Of a DNA stretch of 31,958 bases, positions 1 through 6,372 are shown in pieces. Source of the stretch: a virus. Taxonomy: Duplodnaviria > Caudoviricetes. The notes beneath the pieces are model-generated. The model worked only from the letters and a program-made list of their open reading frames with translations, had not been told where the DNA came from and made no database searches. The position numbers and the translations under genes are program-made. Position 1 is the first letter of the stretch; the number at the start of each line of letters is the position of its first letter. The stretch is taken from positions 1-31,958 of IMG/VR virus record IMGVR_UViG_3300040959_000049. One strand, written 5' to 3'.

Positions 1-1418
1 GCGGTCCTGTAGTCTTCCTCAATTACCCTTGGGTCGATCACTAGCTTATGTCGCATCATAACAGGTTCTAACGTATCAATAATACGCCGTTCCTTCTGCT
101 TGCTGTGTCGCACCTCTTCGATCAACACAGGGTGTATCTTACCAAGTACAGGCTGTAGCAATTTGAGGAACATACCGTCCCCGAAGTTGCTCTCGACCAC
201 CACATGGTTCACCTTGTATTTTTTTGCGATGTGGCTGAGTTCAGTCAACGTGGTATCGTCGTAGCCGCCAGATAGACCGCCACATGCTACCACGAATAGA
301 TAACCGTTTAGCATTTTAACGACAGCGTAACCTGTTTCGTCGGCACCCCTACCACTAGGGTCAATAGACATAACAGTGCCTGAGAAGTCTGCAAAGACAT
401 CCCCTACGTTCATAGGTGGGTACATGCGGTCACCACGCATAGCTGCGTTGGGTAAGTCGTTTAACGCACGGTCCTCTAGTGGACCCCAAGTTAATCTCAG
501 CGGTCCCTGTTCATTGTCTACGGACATAACGATCAGATCACGTACTTTGAGCGGGAAGCGTTCCATATCTGATAGCTGGGTCGATAGCATGAACTGCATC
601 GCAAACCCTGCTTTACCGTAGGATGCCTCACGTTCCAGTAGATCACTCTCGTCAAACCGTAGGGGGTCTGTAGGTGCGCTGGGTTTAAGCTTCAGGTCAG
701 TAATGAACTTAGCTAGGCTGTCGCCATACTTTTCCATCTCTTCTTTTGCGGGCATACGTGCGGGCCATATCTGGCACTCGTATCCGCGTTCTGGAAGCTT
801 GGAGTACAGACTATCCTCTGTCTGAGGTGTACCCAAGAAGACCACGCGAGATGAAGGTAAAGGTTTAAGGACAGCGTCAAACTCCTTGATAGTCTCAGCT
901 AATTTGTCGCGCATCTGTTGGGTGCCTGAGTTGTTCAAGACCTCAACGTCATCGGCAATAATCAGGTCAGCACGTGAACCTGTGATCTGCGAAGTGATAC
1001 CCACAGATTTAACGCTAGGTGACTGTGACGCAGTAGCCGGACCTACATCAAAACTAATCTTAGACTGTCGTTGTTCTGTTCTAGGCTTGAGGTATTCTAA
1101 ACCTTCAAGTTCCCAGATAAGTCTCTGACAGAATGTGGAAAATGCGTCTGCGCGTTCTTTGGATGCAGACACCACCAGTATTTTTTCTTCAGGGTCTTTA
1201 AGTAATCTCCAGACAACGTAACCCGCTGTAAGGTGTGATTTACCTACCCCACGGAAAGCCTGTATGATTGAACGCTTGGGTCCATGCTGCAAGTAGTCTG
1301 CTATGTTTAGCTGTACAGGTGTGGGTTCAGGTAGTCCTAAGTGTTGGTGGACGTAGTAGACGAATATCTTAAAGTCTGATCTTATTTTTTTGTGAAATGG
1401 GGTATCAGGTATAGCCAT
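1..1418 (-). CDS. terL: Terminase large subunit (T7 gp19-like), 3' end runs off the window; absent from ORF track
   Basis: Manual translation from ATG at 1418 (SD AAGGA upstream): MAIPDTPFHKKIRSDFKIF...PTPVQ...IIQAFRGVGKS (Walker A)...ITGSRADLIIADDVE (Walker B)...MSIDPSGRGADETGY (nuclease domain), typical of T7 gp19. Confidence 0.95.
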   Translation of the reverse strand, partial: MAIPDTPFHKKIRSDFKIFVYYVHQHLGLPEPTPVQLNIADYLQHGPKRSIIQAFRGVGKSHLTAGYVVWRLLKDPEEKILVVSASKERADAFSTFCQRLIWELEGLEYLKPRTEQRQSKISFDVGPATASQSPSVKSVGITSQITGSRADLIIADDVEVLNNSGTQQMRDKLAETIKEFDAVLKPLPSSRVVFLGTPQTEDSLYSKLPERGYECQIWPARMPAKEEMEKYGDSLAKFITDLKLKPSAPTDPLRFDESDLLEREASYGKAGFAMQFMLSTQLSDMERFPLKVRDLIVMSVDNEQGPLRLTWGPLEDRALNDLPNAAMRGDRMYPPMNVGDVFADFSGTVMSIDPSGRGADETGYAVVKMLNGYLFVVACGGLSGGYDDTTLTELSHIAKKYKVNHVVVESNFGDGMFLKLLQPVLGKIHPVLIEEVRHSKQKERRIIDTLEPVMMRHKLVIDPRVIEEDYRT

Positions 1419-1432
1419 GATAATCCTTAATG

Positions 1433-1460
1433 AAAAAAAGAGGCCCACTGAGGAGCCTCT
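1433..1460 (-). terminator. Intrinsic terminator after nrdJ, just upstream of the terL SD
   Basis: Minus strand AGAGGCTC-CTCAGT-GGGCCTCT followed by TTTTTT, 6 nt after the nrdJ stop. Confidence 0.85.
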
Positions 1461-1466
1461 AATTTC

Positions 1467-3368
1467 TTATGTTAAGTCTACGATTTCACAGGAACCGCCA
1501 GTACATGCTAGGGTCTGTGATCCGGCAGTGTTATCCTCTGCCTCGTATTCTTGGAGTTTTGCCCAATCGATACTTGTCGGCATCAAGGATGCTAACTTTT
1601 TGTAATCGGACTTCCCTATTTCTTCATAGGGTGCTTGTTGATATGTGTGTTCGTTGTACGGTAGGAACGATACGCCTGACATCTCATCGAAGTGAGCATA
1701 GACAAACGCACCTACTTCAAACCACTCATCACTTTTGACGTTGATCGTCACGCTAGGTTTATGTTCACACCATGCGCGTTGATACGCCAACCACATTTTA
1801 AGTTGGTCGATAGCTGATACATCCTCTGTTACTTGTGCATTTTCAGGGGCTTTCACAGGAAAGCTAAAGACCATTGTTTGGTCTGGTTTGAATACATCAG
1901 GTTCAGATGGGATACCTTGATCAGCCATGAACTGTGTTAGTGGGTCTTTCATGTCACCACGCACCCGCCGAATATAATATGGACTATGACGAGCGTGTAT
2001 CCCACTGGCTGAGTCACATAGCTGTGAGACAGTGCCGGATGGTTTGTTGCAAGTTATAGCGGCGGCTACGGGTATGCCTAACTTCTCGGCCCACTCCTTG
2101 TTGGTTACCACAGCGACTTCCCGAAGATGACTTAGAGTTGCCTCTAGGCCAGCGTTCTTCAGGTTCATCAGTGGATTATCCATCACGCCTGTGAGTGACA
2201 CACCCAACAAGCGTTCTTCTTCGGTATTTCGCTGCCACACTTTTCGCAAGTATGGGAAGCTTGTGTACGTTGATTGGATGGTCCCAAGGATTGTAGCCAC
2301 TCGTACCTTGCGAACAATATCGTCGATAGTATCCGTAGCACGGACAACACACTCTGTAAGATTACAGAATTGGTACGGTCTAAGGATGATTTCGCTACAC
2401 GGGTTCGTTCCAAAATCATAGGATGCATCGCGTCTTCCATTCTTCTCTGCTTGTTTCTTAGAAGCTTCACGGTTGAAGATACCACGTTCACCTGAACCAC
2501 TCTCGACCAACGCCATCCATTCACGCATGAAAGACAGGCTGTCTGGTTTCTCGGTGTATGACACTGAGTTGTTAGCCAAGGCACGTTGTGGGTTGTTTTT
2601 CCACCACTCGCCTGACTTCGCATGGCGCATACGATCATCAGATAGGTTAGATAGAGAGATCATGGCTGATCGCCGTACACCGCCTACAACAACAATCTGC
2701 CCAATGAAGCACATGACATCATGACATTCGATTGAGGACAGCTTGCGGCCCTTGGCGTTCTTGAAGACGTTCACAACGAAGTTGAACAGGTCTACCAACG
2801 GTGCTGGACCTGATGCACGACCACCAAACGTTTTAAGCTTGGCACCCGCTGGGCGTACCTTTGACACATCCCACTTCGGGATTTCACCTGAGTACAACAA
2901 TGCAATCAGTTGTCTTAGTGCTTTAGCCCAACCCTCTTTACTGTCCTTTACGATAATCGTTGTATCGCTTTCGAACATCAATTCAGGTACTTCTGGCAGC
3001 TTGTTAATGTATTGACGTTCAACAGAGAACCCAACACCAGTACCACACAATAGAATGAACATAGCTTCGTCAAAAGCCTTGGGGTCATCCACAGGTAGAT
3101 ACGAACAGTTATAACCGGCAGTGTTGTCACGATCTAACGCAGGTCCAGCGGTCATCACCGCTCTCATGCTAGGCATTACCTCTAGATTGAGGATAGCCTC
3201 TTCGATCTCTGTCTTTGTGTATCCATCGACCTTATCACCGACAACGTGTGTCATGTAACGGTTAACAGTTTCACCCCAATTTTCTCGACGTTGTTCGTCT
3301 TCTAACCAACGGGCATACCGTGATGTGTGGATGAACGCTTGGTAATCTGTAGGGAAGTAATTGCTCAT
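1467..3368 (-). CDS. nrdJ: Class II (adenosylcobalamin-dependent) ribonucleotide reductase, monomeric RTPR type
   Basis: 633 aa; GYNCSY, VVGGVRRSAMI, GTNPCSEI (N-x-C-x-E thiyl radical motif), KPSGTVSQL, C-terminal ACTGGSC cysteine pair; no beta-subunit gene nearby; SGVSFLP where class I enzymes have the xLYY tyrosine pair. Confidence 0.9.
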   Translation of the reverse strand: MSNYFPTDYQAFIHTSRYARWLEDEQRRENWGETVNRYMTHVVGDKVDGYTKTEIEEAILNLEVMPSMRAVMTAGPALDRDNTAGYNCSYLPVDDPKAFDEAMFILLCGTGVGFSVERQYINKLPEVPELMFESDTTIIVKDSKEGWAKALRQLIALLYSGEIPKWDVSKVRPAGAKLKTFGGRASGPAPLVDLFNFVVNVFKNAKGRKLSSIECHDVMCFIGQIVVVGGVRRSAMISLSNLSDDRMRHAKSGEWWKNNPQRALANNSVSYTEKPDSLSFMREWMALVESGSGERGIFNREASKKQAEKNGRRDASYDFGTNPCSEIILRPYQFCNLTECVVRATDTIDDIVRKVRVATILGTIQSTYTSFPYLRKVWQRNTEEERLLGVSLTGVMDNPLMNLKNAGLEATLSHLREVAVVTNKEWAEKLGIPVAAAITCNKPSGTVSQLCDSASGIHARHSPYYIRRVRGDMKDPLTQFMADQGIPSEPDVFKPDQTMVFSFPVKAPENAQVTEDVSAIDQLKMWLAYQRAWCEHKPSVTINVKSDEWFEVGAFVYAHFDEMSGVSFLPYNEHTYQQAPYEEIGKSDYKKLASLMPTSIDWAKLQEYEAEDNTAGSQTLACTGGSCEIVDLT

Positions 3369-3544
3369 ACGCCACGCCCCCGCTGATCTTTGTCTTCACC
3401 AAGCCAAACCATGCGATCAATGTCGGCACGGTTGATCCCAATATCTTTGAGGTCTTTGTCAGTTAGACGGTTAAGTTGTTTGATTGCTTCTCGGTGTGTA
3501 CGCCAAGTCGCCAGATAATTGATGTATCGCCAGAACCAACTCAT
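3365..3544 (-). CDS. Small DUF1127 (YjiS-like) protein, 59 aa; absent from ORF track
   Basis: Manual translation MSWFWRYINYLATWRTHREAIKQLNRLTDKDLKDIGINRADIDRMVWLGEDKDQRGRGV*; contains the DUF1127 pattern L-x-x-L-x-D-x-x-L-x-DIGI-x-R-x-DI; ATGA overlaps with both the mazG stop and the nrdJ start. Confidence 0.88.
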   Translation of the reverse strand: MSWFWRYINYLATWRTHREAIKQLNRLTDKDLKDIGINRADIDRMVWLGEDKDQRGRGV

Positions 3545-3867
3545 CGTTTGTCTCCTGACCCACCAAGCGTTCCACGTTCTTGACGTTCACGCAGTTTCTT
3601 CAGATTGTTTTCAGCAATGTCTTCAAGTGCTTGACCTAAGTCTTGCGACAGCACAGCGAGATACCACAGGACATCCCCAAGTTCTGAGGCAATATCTTGT
3701 TTGGTTTCTTTATCAAATTCACCGTTCTTATCGCGGTAAACTTTTTTGATTTTATTCATCACTTCACCGACTTCACCTGCCAGCCCCATCGCTGGGTATG
3801 AAATTCGGTTACTGGTCGGATAGATTGCTGTCTTTATTGCTGTTAGTTGATAAAAAGAGAGGTCCAT
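3541..3867 (-). CDS. mazG: MazG-like nucleoside triphosphate pyrophosphohydrolase (all-alpha NTP-PPase)
   Basis: 108 aa; GLAGEVGEV...KK...ELGDVLWYLA motifs, C-terminal NLKKLRER; SD AGGAG. Confidence 0.9.
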   Translation of the reverse strand: MDLSFYQLTAIKTAIYPTSNRISYPAMGLAGEVGEVMNKIKKVYRDKNGEFDKETKQDIASELGDVLWYLAVLSQDLGQALEDIAENNLKKLRERQERGTLGGSGDKR

Positions 3868-3889
3868 TCTCGCTCCTAAGTTTGGGTTA

Positions 3890-3907
3890 CCTAGAAACGG
3901 TGAAGAA
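3890..3907 (-). promoter_or_regulatory. Putative phage RNAP promoter driving mazG-DUF1127-nrdJ
   Basis: TTCTTCACCGTTTCTAGG in the terS-mazG gap; shares the ACCRTWWCTAGR core with three other sites. Confidence 0.65.
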
Positions 3908-3914
3908 TGGCCTC

Positions 3915-4136
3915 TTAGTTCGTGTAATACTCTTCGCTATCAAAATCGGGTAAGGCTTTCATCAATTCAGTCAAACCTTCGTTCTCAGCACCGATAGCTT
4001 CAATGTTGTTATCTTTTAGAAATCTAATAGCTGTTGATAATTCAGCCGCACTCGCTTCACCTGTTTTAATGCGCTGTAATAGTTCAGCGGCGATAGCGGA
4101 GTGTAGTTCTCCAAGTAATTCTTTAGTTGCAGACAT
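3915..4136 (-). CDS. terS: Terminase small subunit (T7 gp18-like)
   Basis: MSATKELLGELHSAIAAELLQRIKTGEASAAELSTAIRFLKDNNIEA resembles T7-like gp18 (FLKDN motif); start placed at 4136 after SD GAGGT. Confidence 0.8.
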   Translation of the reverse strand: MSATKELLGELHSAIAAELLQRIKTGEASAAELSTAIRFLKDNNIEAIGAENEGLTELMKALPDFDSEEYYTN

Positions 4137-4137
4137 G

Positions 4138-4338
4138 TTATACCTCACAGGCTCTGTCTAGAGCGTCTAGAAGCGCGGAACCAGTTATCACTGACTGATC
4201 ACCCCCATCCTCTATTAAAGCGTCTGTATGGAAGTCTCTGAGTCTCTCTGTGCCATCGCAGATAGCTTGTTCACTTGTTGCGATTGCGCAGCCACTCACG
4301 AGCATCGTCAGCGTCACGATTAGTGGTAGCAGCTTCAT
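4138..4338 (-). CDS. Outer-membrane spanin-like lipoprotein (Rz1/o-spanin)
   Basis: From internal Met at 4338: MKLLPLIVTLTMLVSGC = signal peptide with lipobox VSG-C; two more Cys; overlaps the 3' end of the i-spanin candidate. Confidence 0.65.
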   Translation of the reverse strand: MKLLPLIVTLTMLVSGCAIATSEQAICDGTERLRDFHTDALIEDGGDQSVITGSALLDALDRACEV

Positions 4339-4489
4339 CGATGCGCTCCCGTGTTTTAATGTAATTCTCAGCTTGCTTCTGTGCTTGTTTCTGACGGGCA
4401 GATGCAGCACCCTTGAAGAAAGCCCCTAAGATGACAACTAGGAGCGATCCCGCCCCTAGCAGCCATTTTTGTAGATACGAGGTAATCAT
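4271..4489 (-). CDS. Inner-membrane spanin-like protein (Rz/i-spanin)
   Basis: 72 aa; N-terminal TM segment (WLLGAGSLLVVILGAFF) then Q/A/E-rich helical region; follows the endolysin and overlaps a lipoprotein gene. Confidence 0.6.
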   Translation of the reverse strand: MITSYLQKWLLGAGSLLVVILGAFFKGAASARQKQAQKQAENYIKTRERIDEAATTNRDADDAREWLRNRNK

Positions 4490-5118
4490 CGATCACCCGC
4501 GTTCCATTTAACGATACGTTCTTTAAGAATGATCAAAGCTGTTACGGCGATAACTACTGCACCACCAATCGCGATAAGCTGTGCTGTACCGTCAAGTGAT
4601 CCAATAGCTGTAACACCCGCACCCGCCGCTGTACCTACTTGTACAACAGAGGCTTGCATGGTTTTACTTTGTACTTTCTTTTTACGTGGTTGTTTTAGGG
4701 TCCGTACTCCCAACAAACGGTCACGTGGGTATGGTGCAACTGAAACTTTGTTTCCTTGGTTGCCCCCTAGAACGTAGATATTCTCATCGTCGTGATGTGA
4801 ATAGAATGCAACGTGTCCTTTCCATCCTTTTTTAGAACCACGCCAGAATACCACGACATCACCCTTCTGGGCGTTGTTGATGTCTACTGGTTGACCCCAA
4901 TCTAGATAAGAACGAGCGTTTAGTTTACCACTGCCTTTAACACCACACTCTGCTAATACTGCGCCGACGAATGCGGCACACCAAGGTGTTTCATCGTCTT
5001 GCACGTAGCCGTGACCGGCATCCGCGAAGAACTTAACAATTTGGTCGTTGTGTTTAGCAGCGGGGTACTCTTTGACCCCAAGGTAGTCTTCGGCAATGTC
5101 GAATATATGATGTGACAT
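4486..5118 (-). CDS. Endolysin candidate: TIGR02594-family (NlpC/P60/CHAP-like) cysteine peptidase with hydrophobic C-terminal tail
   Basis: DDETPWCAAFVG (catalytic Cys), ARSYLDWG, GDVVVFWR, GHVAF (catalytic His), VLGGNQ; lysis-module position. Confidence 0.8.
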   Translation of the reverse strand: MSHHIFDIAEDYLGVKEYPAAKHNDQIVKFFADAGHGYVQDDETPWCAAFVGAVLAECGVKGSGKLNARSYLDWGQPVDINNAQKGDVVVFWRGSKKGWKGHVAFYSHHDDENIYVLGGNQGNKVSVAPYPRDRLLGVRTLKQPRKKKVQSKTMQASVVQVGTAAGAGVTAIGSLDGTAQLIAIGGAVVIAVTALIILKERIVKWNAGDR

Positions 5119-5121
5119 TTG

Positions 5122-5571
5122 TTACCTGATAAATATTAAATAAAGTATGAAAGCTGCGCCGGCGAAGCCTAGAATAATGGACCCCGCAATAGCCAATCCT
5201 TCGATCAACTCTTCACGGGCTTTCTCAGCTTCTAACCTTTCTTGCTTTCGGCGTTTACGGGCTTCGGCTTGATACGCGATAAAATCCGACCACAGCCCCG
5301 CACGGCCCTGATATATCATCAGTTGTTTTAGATTGTGTTCATGTTCCTTGATCTGTTCAAGTGCCAAGAACTCCTCTAAATCATTAGCCGTTTGGGGTTT
5401 CAATGAAGCCATAAAGCCGGTCTGTTTCTTTTTGACCTTATCTTGCAAGACTTCTTTATTTGTAACGATTGTAGCTATTTGCTGGGCGCACTGACTTAGT
5501 GATTTCCCGTTCTGTACAAAAGTTTTTATGGTCTGGAATGCCGCGTTGCAAGCTGCGAGTTCCGCAAGCAT
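5122..5571 (-). CDS. Hypothetical protein with C-terminal TM helix (lysis region)
   Basis: 149 aa, helical and charged, ends in GLAIAGSIILGFAGAAFILYLIFIR; TAATG coupling to the upstream ORF. Confidence 0.7.
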   Translation of the reverse strand: MLAELAACNAAFQTIKTFVQNGKSLSQCAQQIATIVTNKEVLQDKVKKKQTGFMASLKPQTANDLEEFLALEQIKEHEHNLKQLMIYQGRAGLWSDFIAYQAEARKRRKQERLEAEKAREELIEGLAIAGSIILGFAGAAFILYLIFIR

Positions 5572-5843
5572 TACTCTCGGTTACGCGAGGCCATCTTTTC
5601 GACAGCCGCACGTATTGCTTTTATATTCTCATCTATACGAGCCATAGAGACAGCTTGCTCATGAACCATGTCTTCAATACGGTTCACTCGTTGTTCCATC
5701 TCTTTGATGTTGGTGGTGTTGCGATCAATGTCTCCAAGCATCATTGATACCGTCCACACTATCGCAGCACCTTGGGTAATCAGGCCAAAGATGAGAGTTA
5801 TGGGTACACTTTTGGATAAGTGCCAACTCTCTTGCGTTGACAT
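5571..5843 (-). CDS. Single-TM coiled-coil protein, possible holin or holin accessory
   Basis: 90 aa; TM segment VPITLIFGLITQGAAIVWTV then heptad-like region; lies between tail and endolysin genes. Function is inference. Confidence 0.6.
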   Translation of the reverse strand: MSTQESWHLSKSVPITLIFGLITQGAAIVWTVSMMLGDIDRNTTNIKEMEQRVNRIEDMVHEQAVSMARIDENIKAIRAAVEKMASRNRE

Positions 5844-5846
5844 TTA

Positions 5847-6362
5847 TCATACACCTTTTTCAAGTGCGAAAGGTGGTTCAGGCCATTCGACCTCTCCATT
5901 GGCGAAACTCGTTTGATCTGTGATATCCCGTAGCTGTTGTCGATAAACTGACCACGCAGACTTGTCACAAGGCGCATCAGTTATTTGAGTGAAATCACAT
6001 CTATTGAGCAATTCATTCCGCTTTTCTCTTATTTCTTTTTTCTTACTTTCTAGAACGTAATCTAAAGCTTTCTGTCTTTCTTCGTCTGAAGAGAACACAC
6101 GATCTACCAATTCAAATGTTTGGATGTATGTTAAATCTTCTTCTACAAAAACTGGGTCTACTTCTTGATATTCTTCTAGTAGATTTTTGGGAAGAGGCGG
6201 CGTAGTTTTTACATATAAACAATACCCGCTATCAGCCAGTAAATTGCTGTTAATATGTTTAACAGATGCGTCTATATTTAAAATACCGCTCTCTATAGCG
6301 TTGGCAACAGAAATAGGATTACCTGACGGACTACCGTCTACTGTTTTAATTATGTACTGCAT
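5847..6362 (-). CDS. Tail fibre assembly chaperone-like protein
   Basis: C-terminal REKRNELLNRCDFTQITDAP...WSVYRQQLRDITDQ...VEWPEPP matches the phage tail assembly chaperone pattern; directly after the tail fibre. Confidence 0.8.
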   Translation of the reverse strand: MQYIIKTVDGSPSGNPISVANAIESGILNIDASVKHINSNLLADSGYCLYVKTTPPLPKNLLEEYQEVDPVFVEEDLTYIQTFELVDRVFSSDEERQKALDYVLESKKKEIREKRNELLNRCDFTQITDAPCDKSAWSVYRQQLRDITDQTSFANGEVEWPEPPFALEKGV

Positions 6363-6372
6363 TTAATAGTCC

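Noticed and set aside
1960-2000. YY dipeptide in the RNR (HSPYYIRR) as the class I radical-transfer tyrosine pair
   Set aside because: It lies just after KPSGT rather than at the C-terminal xLYY position (here SGVSFLP), and there is no beta-subunit gene; class II fits better.
3369-3420. Cobalamin riboswitch upstream of nrdJ, or CCUCCUCCC-type sRNA repeats after DUF1127
   Set aside because: There is no intergenic space (genes overlap by ATGA) and neither motif is visible.
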